From contig NW_021834172.1 of NCBI RefSeq assembly GCF_006345805.1, forward strand, positions 1 through 51,548: DNA of 51,548 nt, read 5' to 3'. This document shows positions 25,201-35,815 of this stretch, piece by piece (within the stretch, counting starts at the first letter, position 1; each line of letters begins with the position of its first letter). The position numbers and the translations under genes are program-made. The notes under the pieces were generated by a model. It had not been told where the DNA came from, did no database searches, and was given only the letters and a program-made list of their open reading frames with translations. The stretch is from Octopus sinensis (lineage: Eukaryota).

Positions 25201-26876
25201 CAATATGCCATCAAAGATTAGATATTTATTTACATTGATGTTGGCATATTGTAATATATCAAATCCTCTACAACTGTGGGAGAAGCATAAAGAAATAATG
25301 TGTGAAGATATATTAAAGAGGGATGCAAAATCAGGTTTTGACGAGGACATTTTTAATGAAGGATTACTAATTATTAATAGATCACTCGAATCAGTCATTG
25401 GGAAAAATATATGTGAGTACGGGTTTAGCGTTAACAGTCAAAATATTACAAATAATTTGGAATATGACAAATATAATTTAGAAGAACTACAAAAAATACT
25501 TAATGAAAGGGAACCGAATTTATTGGAAGGTCAATTAAGAATCTACAATGAAATAAACAGAAGATTGAAGAAAATGATGGTAAAATATTCTTCATAGATG
25601 CACCGGGAGGTACAGGTAAAACATATCTATTAAATTTATTATTGGCAAAGGCGAGATGCAATAATAAAATAGCTATAGCAGTTGCTTCTACAGGTATTGC
25701 GGCTACGCTTTTAGATGGTGGACGAACAGCACATTCAATGTTCAAACTACCATTAAATCTAGCAAAGGATATGGAGCCAGTTTGTAATATTAAAGGAAAT
25801 TCACTTATTGGGACTATTATACGTGATTGTAATCTAATAGTATGGGATGAGTGTACAATGGTAAGTAAAAGAGCATTTGAAGCAGTTGACAGAACTTTTC
25901 GCGACATCAAACATTCAGATTCACCTTTTGGTGGATCGGTGTTAGTATTAGCAGGTGATTTTAGACAGACACTGCCTATTATTCAAAGAGGAACACCAGC
26001 AGATGAACTTAATGCATGTTTGAAATCATCGTATTTGTGGACCTTGGTAAAAAAATAAGTCTAAATGTAAATATTCGTGCACAAAAGTCAGAAACAAATT
26101 CATTCGCTAAGGTACTTTTAAATGTAGGGAATGGAACACTCGAAACAAATTCAGAAGATTTTAAGGTATCACTACCTCCAGAGTTATGCATAAATGTAAA
26201 CAGACCAGAAGAATTATTAACCTCAGTTTATCCAAATCTAGAGGAAAATTACACATGCTTTGACTGGCTTAGGGAAAGAGCAATACTAGCACCACTAAAT
26301 GACGAAGTACATAATATTAATTTAGATTTGCTCATTAAATTACCAGGAATGGAACGTATTTATAAATCTGTAGATGTAATTATGGATCAAGAAACAGCAT
26401 GTGAATATCCTGTGGAATTTCTAAATTCTTTAGAACCGTCAGGGATGCCTCATCATACTTTAAAATTAAAGGTAGGAGCGCCAGTTGTTCTATTACGAAA
26501 TCTAGAATCTCCAAGGTTATGTAATGGTACAAGATTAGTAATAACAAATTTAATGTCTAATATTATAGAAGCAACGATATTAACGGGGAAAAATAAAGGA
26601 GAAGATGTTTATATTCCAAAAATTCCAATAATTTCGGATGAATTACCATTTAGATTTAAGAGACTACAATTTCCATTGAAGTTGAGTTTCGCAATGACAA
26701 TCAACAAATCACAGGGACAAACCCTTAAAGTAGTAGGTTTATTTTTAGCAAGTGAATGTTTTTCACATGGACAATTGTATGTAGGTTGTTCTAGGGTAGG
26801 TGAACGAGAAAACCTATTCATATACACCAAAGATTGTCGTACAAGCAATATAGTGTATCAACAAGCATTACAATAA
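22272..26876 (+). CDS. Helitron RepHel (coiled-coil repeats, Zn finger, HUH Rep endonuclease, PIF1 helicase), broken by several frameshifts
   Basis: CKFCSALKFKGETAGMCC; LPSSFTGGPRYM; PDLFITITCNPKW; VEWQKRGLPHSHIL; KYVCKYINKG; DAPGGTGKT; VWDECTM; GDFRQTLP; AMTINKSQGQTL. Confidence 0.93.
22316..22680 (+). repeat. 69-bp (23-aa) coding tandem repeat in the RepHel N-terminus, about 5 copies
   Basis: Period 69 (22381 to 22450); encodes RKENDRQRRTIARSQETEERKIN. Confidence 0.9.
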
Positions 26877-29800
26877 TAAGATCTATATAATATTTGATAA
26901 TTTTTACTATAACAATCAATTTTTTATTATATAGACGAGTGCTTTTCACATGGCCAGCTGTATGTGGGATGCTCAAGGGTAGGTAGAAGAGAAAATTTAT
27001 ATTTGCCAAGGATGGACGGACTGCAAACATCGTTTATCCACAGGCCTTAGAATAAGGTTATATCAAAGCAGGTCGCATTTATATATCTAAATAAATTTAT
27101 AGTTATTTAAGGAAACTGCGAGCGTAGCGAGCAGGCCTCCGCAGGAGCTAGCTCGCAGTGAGCAAAGCGAACTGCTGAGCTAGTAGTAATAAGGTTTTGT
27201 GTCTTTTAAGATGAAATTTCATCATTGGGCGTAAACATAACTTCAAATAAACTTCTAAATTGTAATGCAACTGTAAAATATTAAAATAGTAAATTACACC
27301 ATTTGTTGTATTCGGGGGACACTCGTACATATTTATTCTGTAGAACGACTACAATACTTCTCAAAGATTTGCAAACATGATCACGACGGATATGTATTCA
27401 TTCGGACTATGGACTAGAAAATTGTGCAATACAAAGTATAATCTTTACTTTTAAATAAAAGGTGATAAAATTGGATCGGTATACGTCGGAATCATCCAAG
27501 AAACGGGCGAGTTTGTGACAAGTAAAGGAGATTTGGCGGTATTTGAACATTATATTTGTTTAGTCGTACCTTCCTTGGAATTCCAGTCAACCTGGAAGTA
27601 AAATGTGTGTAATAAGAAATGTAAGTAATAACGGTAAGTTCGAAACAAACGATTGCAATATAGGAAAGCACATCATTTGTGAAACAGGTAAGTTTTATTT
27701 GTGTCAATCTGTAAGACAAAGTTGTGTCGGAAGCAACTTTGACGGCATGCAGTTCAAAGAGATCTCATTGTATGCGGTTGGAGTGACTAAGGATTAGTTT
27801 TCAATGATAAAATACTGGAGCATGACGGATGGAAATTTAGTCTATTTAACATGAATACGACGCTGTCTGTCGCCAAAACTATCTGTAGTACACTGGGAGA
27901 CGACCTCTTTGTTCCTCACAATGAGAAAGAAAATTGCGTTATTTCTGGTTAATAGTTATTTTGTAATGTAAAAAGATAATATGGAATTAACTATTGGATT
28001 AAACTTTAAACAAGAGTACGTTAAGAATGCGTTTCTTCCGGGAGACGATATCAAGAGTGTAATTTTTTGAATGAATTTTTGTAGAATTATAGCAATTGGA
28101 AAATAGGATACCCTAACTCGGATACTAATCGAAGTTGTGTGTATATGAATCCCGGAACTGGAATGTGGGAAAACGATGTTTGTAGGAATGCTTCATTTGT
28201 ATGTCGGGGACAAAGTAGTATACAATCTACGATAAATTGTTCAAACAATTTTTTAGGTCTCTTTATGTGAAATAGTTTCTAGAGCCACAAACTAGAGCTT
28301 ACTCATTTATATTTGGCTCTAAAAAATATGTAATGTTTGGTTATCGCAAGACTTTCTACGAAGCAGTACGACTGTGTTCATATTATGGCCTAAACCTTAT
28401 TCAAACTACAAATAACTCAATAATTAATGAAATAACTAAATGTATATTCAAAATATAATACTAGACATTATTAATGAGACTTTTTACATGAATTACAGAT
28501 AACGTGGAATGACCAATTGAACTGGATAGATACAATACCTTCGGTTAAAATTATTTATGGGCTATATTTAGGGTACTCCCAACTGGAAGTCTGGAGAACC
28601 CAAAAATAGAGACTATCATATTTCATGCGTTAGCGTTTCATCTGACAAGACATGGGCGACCAATATGTGCAGTGAAGAACATATCCCAGTGTGTGTCCAA
28701 GATTGTTAATTATTCATAACATACACTCATGTATTTATAGATAAAACGACAAAACCTACATTAATGCCTACTGTTCCAACCACGACTACCACACCGACCA
28801 TTACAACTACTACTTCGACTACTACAACGACCACCCCGACAACAACCACCACAACTACTACAACTCCTACAACCACAACTACTACAACTTCTACGACAAC
28901 AACAACTCCAACAACCACAACTACTACAACTCCTACTACAACTCCAACAACAACTACTACAACACCAAACACAACAATCCCTAGAATTTTCAACACCACA
29001 CGCACTACAACTCTCAACACTACAACTTCTAACAGCACATCTAATTCTACTATCAACAAGACAAGCAGTATACTTTTAACACACGACATCCATAATAACT
29101 CCTAACAGTATAACAAAAAGACATCAAAGCCAACAAATCAATCACCAAAACCTCCATAAAACCTTCTAAAAGTAATATATTAGGATAATATTTTAGCAAC
29201 ATTTGATCCAAATATAGCAGCTTGTAATAATAAAATAATTTAATGTTGCAGCTCAAGTTATTCATCTGGGACTAGGCGCTGGTGTCTCTTTTGGAGTTTT
29301 TTCATTCCTAGCTGTCGGATTCGTGGTTATAATTTTACGCAGGTATTTACTTTTATGATCGATAGAATAAACACTTCAATTAACAAGTTGTTACCACTTG
29401 GAAGCTTTCGAAATATTCAATCGTCTTCATTTTAGGGCGGTTTGATCAAATTCAGTGCAATAGTAGAACAAGCATTTAATCTTGCTAATATCATTTACTA
29501 ACAAATACCTTTATTAATAAAAAGAAACTAATTAGCTTTGTATTTTTTCAGATTTTTGATGTGAGCCGAGGATGACACACCACGCACCTCCTCTTCTTAT
29601 TCCTCATTTTCTCTGGAACTGCAGACCTCCGAGAAGCTGCAGTCTAGGGCTTTTCTGTAATTAAACGTCAGCAAAAAGCTGGATCAGCGAGACACTCTCC
29701 AGAGTCCACTTAAAAACAGTTGACTTCATATAAAGACTTATCTACACCCAACTGTCTTAAATACCACTTGTGGTATTCGGTGACCAGTTCAACGCATGTC

Positions 29801-30044
29801 TTCACAGACGGAATGACATGGAGTTAGTAACTAATAGATTAATTTACCAAATAGGCTATTTTTACAAAAAAGTTCAAATACAAAGTTTACTATACAATTT
29901 CGCTATTAAAATTTAAATTTCATTCCAAATATAGGCAGTGGAATGGTTGAATATATAAGAAAAACATTAAATTTATTTATCAAATTCAAAAAAGCTGGCA
30001 AAATCAACAATGAAAAATAATCGCACTTTAGCATTAATTTCATG

Positions 30045-30264
30045 ATTCGAAGCCACCAACTCACACTTTGAGGACTTTTCGAGTATGGGAGTAAGCATAA
30101 ACGACAAAAGCATGTCTTCTTATTCTCGTCCTCAATAACTTCTGGCAGAGTTTGAAGTGAATGAAACACTCCCACCTAAGCAGTAGAGGCTGGTGATAAT
30201 GCCTCTTTGCAGAAGTGTAGTTTTTTGCGAACTTGATGGCAATGAATAGTCAAGAAACGTGTCT
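30045..30264 (-). pseudogene. Relic fragments of the FRMD gene (homologous to 266-467 and 1444-1468)
   Basis: Direct nucleotide similarity, same orientation, internally deleted. Confidence 0.8.
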
Positions 30265-31285
30265 ATTTTAGACCAATACCATTCTCATAACCAATTTTCT
30301 TCCGACAGAAGACAATCAAACATACATCCCATCCTATCTCTCTTTGGCTCTGTTCTCCCACTATCAAAACACCCCACTGTTCTCGGACTAACCTTCGACC
30401 CAACGATGTCCTTCAACAAACATGTCTCGAAGATCTCTGGCAAGGCTAACAGGCGTACAAATATCCTGAAAGCAATAAGTGGTCACATCACTGGTGCGCA
30501 GAAACCACTTCTCAAACGTGTGTATAAACAATACATTCGCCCTGTCCTAAGCTACGCGAGTCCGAGTTGGGCTCCCTGTCTATCTATGAGCTCCTCTTTG
30601 GCTCTCCAATCAATTCAAAACAAAGCCATGCGCATCATATCCGGGTGCCTGAAATCAACACCCATCGACCATCTGCACTGTGAAACCAACCTCCTCCCGA
30701 TAGAGGAACATCTCAACATGAGAGGAGCACAATTCCTATTCGCTTCGCGAAAATTCTACCACCCTTGCACTGGCACTGCCCTAAACACGCTAAATGACAA
30801 CGGCCGTGCTTTGAAGAACACGCCTGCCAAACTATACTCCCGGTACTTGCCAAAATCAATGGCCTAAACCATGTTCACAGCCAATGAAAAAAATCCACGA
30901 CTTCATTTCAACGTCGTCCATTCTAAGGCTGAAGCCTAACTCTGTCCTCAACAAACTTCCTCCGGAAGTTCACCCCTCCGAATTGCTTCTGGAGCGTTCC
31001 GATCAGATCAACCTTGCTCGTTTCCGCTCGGGCCACCACCACTCACTAAACTCCTACGCTCACTCATTGAACGCCGTGATCTCCCCGGTATGCAACCTCT
31101 GCTGTGCCGAAGATCACTCAACTGACCACCTTTTCCGCTGCCCTGTTCTCCTCCCTGTCCGCAGGAAATTTGCTGTCCACTCCCCCGAGGTCCTTTGGGA
31201 ACAACCCGCGAAGGCGCTGTTGTTTCTGCTAGCCGCCGGTCTCATACCCTAATGTGAGACCGGGTTATGCAACAACAAACAACAA
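30265..31285 (+). mobile_element. 5'-truncated non-LTR retrotransposon (I/Ingi/Tad-group-like): RT thumb, C-terminal CCHC finger, (CAA)n tail
   Basis: TVLGLTFD...FNKHV, YKQYIRPVLSYASPSW, LARFRSGH, CNLC...DHLFRCP; tail caacaacaaacaacaa at 31270-31285. No TSD found. Confidence 0.85.
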
Positions 31286-31291
31286 TTTTCA

Positions 31292-31669
31292 GTCCCATCC
31301 TGTTTCTTTTCAGTTCTTCTCTCGTCTTTTTGGCATATCCCGAGACATATCTACATTTCTATTAGTCACAACTTTATTTTTGGTGGCTGAGGTGCCATTT
31401 CTTTTGGTAATAAATCGTTAATGTATTCGTCACTTTTGATGACAGTCTGGTTACCATAAAAACCCATATTCCAACTTTGTATTCTGCTTGATTTTTTGAT
31501 ATGAATAGATATGTATTTATTGAGTAACTACCTTTATTGTAAGTAAAATGGAATCTCCAGAGTTTGCCTATTTAGCAGATATTTTGATTTTCAGTTGTGG
31601 TCACCGTAAATAAGCAGTTTGCACTAACTAAAAGTATTATAAGCTTTATTTTTGGTTTGTAACTGATTA
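31292..31669 (-). pseudogene. Relic fragments of enkurin 5' (10323-10477) fused to the membrane-protein gene 5' end (11717-11955)
   Basis: High nucleotide similarity; deletion junction gtattcgtc|acttttgatg; the membrane gene start codon reads ATA instead of ATG (31647-31649). Confidence 0.88.
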
Positions 31670-33567
31670 TTATTATTAGCACTTCCCGTAGGAACATAAA
31701 CAAGGAAAGGAAAGAGTTATATCCCCACACGTGCCACACACGATACAATCTTCTTAACCATCGTTTGCCATCCTCTGCGGTTTTGTGCAAGCCATCGCAG
31801 TTCGTCCAAGTCCTCGCATTGTTTCAGGGTTTTGCCCACGTGTTTCAGATCGTGTTCCAGCGCAACCGGCAGTGTTGTGCGGGGACGTCCGCGAAACTTT
31901 GGGCTATCCGAAAGAAAGTACTCTTCCATGGCTTGGCAAGCAGGTGAGGACGGGTCCATTCTCAGGACGTGTCCGAAGAGCCTCCAGCGGCCATCTATGA
32001 TGTCCTGGCTGACTGGCACCGAGTTACTGAGTTTGTAGAGCGAATGAGTTGTTAATTTTCTTAGGCCAATGCAGGCCATTTAGGACGCGAAGCTGTTTTC
32101 TGTGAAACGAGTCAAGATTCTTTAGTTCGGTGTCAGAGATGCCCCATGTAGATGAGTTGTACAGTAGTACCGGTTTGACAAAAGCGTTGTAGATTCTAGA
32201 GCGTAGTGATGGGTTCCCGGGACAATATCGTAGCCAATCTTTCATGACAGATTTTAGAGCAACAGCGGCAGTAGCTTTCTCCGCTGCATGATTCTTCTCG
32301 GTCTCCAAGCAGAGAGCCAAGCTTCTTCGAAAGTCTCCATTTTTCCATAGTTTGGGTATCCGAGCGTGATACATCGACCACGTCAGTCTTGTCCGTGTTC
32401 ATGATTAAGAACCATTCTCCAAGTTTATCCGGTGCAATCTCCAATAGTCTGAGTAGGGCGGATTTGTCAGTGGACACAAAGTCGACGTCGTCAGCGTAAA
32501 TCACTTCAGTTATTGACTTGTCATATAGACCTCTCAGCTCTCGTAAAGCAGCCTCAAGGTAGATCACAAATAACAGAGGCGAGAGAGAGTCTCCTTGGGG
32601 GTTCCCACATTTGTTGGGAAGGATCTGGACGACGTTGTCCCAGGCGAACAGTGAGGTCCGTATTTGCCAATAAGACCTGTATCATTCTGATAGCATCTTC
32701 ATCTAAGAAACTCCGTAGAACCCTCATGAGGAGATCGCGATGGATGGAATCAAAAGCTCTTGACATATCGATACCCAGGATTCTCGTGGCACTTTTGTAT
32801 CTTTGGTGGGTTCCACACCGCCATCGGTGGCCCCAAAGACATCTGCGGTTGAACGTCCTTCTCTGAATTCGCTGTGACTCGGTGACAGAAAGTCATTGAC
32901 TTTGTCTCCAATACGATCCAGCACAATCAGCGAGAGAACCTTCCTCAGGGAGTTTAGAAAATGACTGGGCGGAGATTTTCTACTGAACCAAGAGGTTTGT
33001 TCGGCTTTTGAATAGGGATCAGAACTCCAGAGCCCAGCGGGAGTGAGTCATTTGTAGCAAACATATCGTTGAGGATGTTCGTGATGTTGCATAGAAGAGA
33101 TTTGGGCCCATATTTCAGCAGTTCCACATTAATGTTGTCCGGTCCCGCAGCTCGGTTATTCTTGAGCCTGCTAACAGCCTTTGTAACTTCCTTCAAGGAG
33201 ATTGTATTCTTCAGTCGTCGTGCTGGGCCAGAGAAAGGCGAGATTTGTTCGGTGTTAGCGTTAAATCGTTGTTCAAAATAGTCCGCAATGACTCCCACCT
33301 GTTCTCCCGGGTCAGATATTTGAACCCAATTACTGGTTTGGAGTCGAAGTTTGGGGCGGTTTTTCTTCTTCTTAAGCAACCGTAAAGCCATAAACGTGCG
33401 TGCATTATCTTTGAGGGTTTCCAGTTCTCCAAGACGGGAAGCCAGGATATCCCGGCCATATTGGAGGTTTAGGGTCTTTATTTGTTTTTGGATGGCAGCA
33501 CGCCGGCCTTTCAGTGCGAGTTTGGTATCCATATCTTTGGTGTTCTCAGTCCTCAGCTTAAGCTCCT
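31670..33567 (-). mobile_element. 5'-truncated RTE-clade LINE with (TAA)n tail and 14-bp TSD, multiple frameshifts
   Basis: NNRAAGPD, MSRAFDSI, IYADDVDF, IYNAFVKPVLLYNSSTW, RWRLFGHVLRM, RGRPRTT. TTTGTAACTGATTA at 31656-31669 and 33568-33581. Confidence 0.92.
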
Positions 33568-33699
33568 TTTGTAACTGATTAAAATTCTATTTATTTCTAG
33601 CTTTGAATCAGTAAAACTTTGATTAGATTTATAATAAATTAATTACAAAAATAACGAAATAAATAAATTTATTGTTTTATAGTTTGTGGTGTCTTAAAT

Positions 33700-34359
33700 A
33701 TGGCCAAACTCCATTCGACGAGCGAAAAACGAAATGGCAGTACAGAACTCCAAAATGCCCCCAAAAGACAAGAATTAAAACCCGAAATAGAAGTAAAACG
33801 TGAATATTCCTCCGAAAGTGAGGAAGAGAAAGTCGAGAAAATAGTCGGGTCCTTAGAACTAAGTGGAAATCTGTTAAAAGACACGAACATGGTCAACGGA
33901 GTCATTATCAAGTACAACGAGCCTCCCGAGGCACGAAAGCCCACAATTCGCTGGAAATTGTACCCCTTTAAAGGCGAGGAGAGTTTGGATGTCATTCCTG
34001 TGCACAGACAGTCCGCATACCTTTTGGGACGAGACCGAAGAGTGGCTGACATTCCCACAGACCACCCTTCCTGCTCAAAACAACATGCCGTCCTCCAATT
34101 CAGAGTTGTGGAAAGCAGGGAGACTGATTCGAACAAGACCGGGTCCTCTCTGACTGCCCTGGGAGTTGCAGAGGCCACAGATCAAAAGTCTTTTGTGGTG
34201 AAGCCTTACATCATTGACCTTAATTCAGCAAACGGGACATTTCTCAACCAGGAGAGGATCGACAGTCTCCGTTTTGTGGAGTTATTTCCTCGCGATGTAC
34301 TTAAATTTGGGTTTTCCACTCGAGAATATGTATTAATGTATCAGGATATGTTTAATTAA
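33700..34359 (+). CDS. SNIP1: Smad nuclear-interacting protein 1 / Pml1 (FHA domain, RES complex)
   Basis: KYNEPPEARKP...WKLYPFKG...HRQSAYLLGRDRRVADIPTDHPSCSKQHAVLQFR, KPYIIDLNSANGTFLN, LKFGFSTREYV. Confidence 0.95.
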   Translation: MAKLHSTSEKRNGSTELQNAPKRQELKPEIEVKREYSSESEEEKVEKIVGSLELSGNLLKDTNMVNGVIIKYNEPPEARKPTIRWKLYPFKGEESLDVIPVHRQSAYLLGRDRRVADIPTDHPSCSKQHAVLQFRVVESRETDSNKTGSSLTALGVAEATDQKSFVVKPYIIDLNSANGTFLNQERIDSLRFVELFPRDVLKFGFSTREYVLMYQDMFN

Positions 34360-34393
34360 TAATAATTAATTATTTAAATTAGCTGGTTTTGTG

Positions 34394-35771
34394 ATGTTAT
34401 GTATTCTTCTGTGTTTTATTCTAGACCGCCCCTCTCTGCCACAATTTGGCAAAATCCTGTTGGTCTTGTCGGTTTGTGTGCTTACATGGGATTACATGAG
34501 CACTGGGAACCTTCATAGACTCGAAAAGGTCCTCAGTGGGTTTAATGTGAAGAAAGAAGTCTATCTTTCTCTGGTTTTAACTCTCTGACTACTCTCAGTA
34601 CGATATTGTAGTCCAACGGGGGTATTCTTGGCGTGAATATTCAGTGGTGACCCGGACGGGTATATTCTCACCATGCAGCGAATAAATGGAAAAAACATAT
34701 CTCGTCCTGTTTTTATCCAACATGGAGTCCTCTCCAGCAGTGTGGATTGGCTGATTGGGTCCTCCTGTTTAGGTGCCCCACATTCCAATTAGTAGAATAG
34801 CGTGTGTTCTTGCCGACAGTGGTTTTGATGTATGGTTGGGCAACGTTCGAGGAAATATATATTCACGTGCTCACTCTACTTTGTCCCCCGATGAGGATGA
34901 ATTTTGGAATTTTTCATTTGAAGATCACGCAGCGTTCGATATCCCTGCAATGGTCTCCTTTGTCCTCACATCCACCAACAAGGACCAACTTGTTTATATT
35001 GGGCACTCACAGGGGTCTCTCATTGGACTTATTCAGCTTTCGAGGAATCAGGAATTCGCTGATAAGGTCGCTCTTATGATTGCATTGGCACCCACCCTCT
35101 CCTTCCAGGGAGTCTACTGTCCATTTCTATCCCTCGCCCCCTACCACCGACATTTCTATGTTTATTCATATTTGGTTAGAATAGAACTTTGTGGGCAAAA
35201 AGTGGTTTCTTCAGCCCACTACTATAAGTTTGTTTATTGGACGGACAGTGTGTGCAAATCCACTCACTCGTTGGGTCTGTCTGTTTGTTATTGGACTGTT
35301 CAACGGGTTTAACACTCAGAATTTTGACTTGGTATTCCCGGGTCATTATTAGAGGATATGCTCCCCACATACCTCCAGTTCCAACCTTCTTCCACCTCCG
35401 TAAAGAACATGGTCCACTACTCCCAAGTCATTTCCTCTGGACAGTTACGACATTACGATTACGACCAAGATAACATGCGATTTTACAATCAAGTATTCAA
35501 TTTCTGTCACTCAAGACCACACCCCCACTCTACAATGTATCCAATATCCACACACCCATTGTGATCGTGGCTAGTGAAGACGACGTGCTCTGTCCTGCTA
35601 GTGTTGGCATTTTGTTTCTCAGTTCAGAACGTCCGTTTTCTAGAATCCACTTTCCCTAACGTCGTCGAATCCATCTGGCTTGACAATTTTGCTCATCTGG
35701 ACTTTGTGCTAGGAAGGGAGGTTGTCGACAGAGTCTACAAACCACTGATTTCTGCCATTGAGAGACACTGA
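34394..35771 (+). CDS. Acid lipase family (LIPA/gastric lipase-like alpha/beta hydrolase), multi-exon
   Basis: DGYILTMQR, QHGVLSSSVDW, GFDVWLGNVRGNIYSRAH, YIGHSQG nucleophile elbow, HYSQVISSGQLRHYDY, FAHLDF; N-terminal hydrophobic segment. Confidence 0.9.
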
Positions 35772-35815
35772 CTTATAATCAATGATATTAATGCTTGTTA
35801 GTATTGTGAGTATGT

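Larger units (their letters stand above)
18488..27183 (+). mobile_element. Autonomous-type Helitron (about 8.7 kb) inserted at an A|T site
   Basis: 5' TCTATATAAT... after A18487 with a (GTCT)n microsatellite; 3' GC-rich hairpin then CTAG (27180-27183) followed by T; internal RepHel coding region. Confidence 0.88.
17974..29342 (+). pseudogene. Multi-domain C-type lectin receptor (4 CTLDs, Thr-rich mucin stalk, TM) disrupted by a Helitron; probable pseudogene
   Basis: CTLD1 ends GQW...YVLCE at 18486. CTLD2-4 lie in 27300-28700 (MCVIR...DCNIGKHIICE; NWKIGYPN...CVYM...WENDVC; NWKSGEPKN...SCV...WATNMC...VC). Poly-Thr stalk 28764-29100; TM GLGAGVSFGVFSFLAVGFVVIIL at about 29270-29340. Tiny introns throughout; several frame lesions. 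The 3' end is uncertain. Confidence 0.75.

Noticed and set aside
28727-29265. Minus-strand poly-Val 'membrane protein' ORFs
   Set aside because: Antisense shadow of the (ACA/ACT)n Thr-rich mucin stalk.
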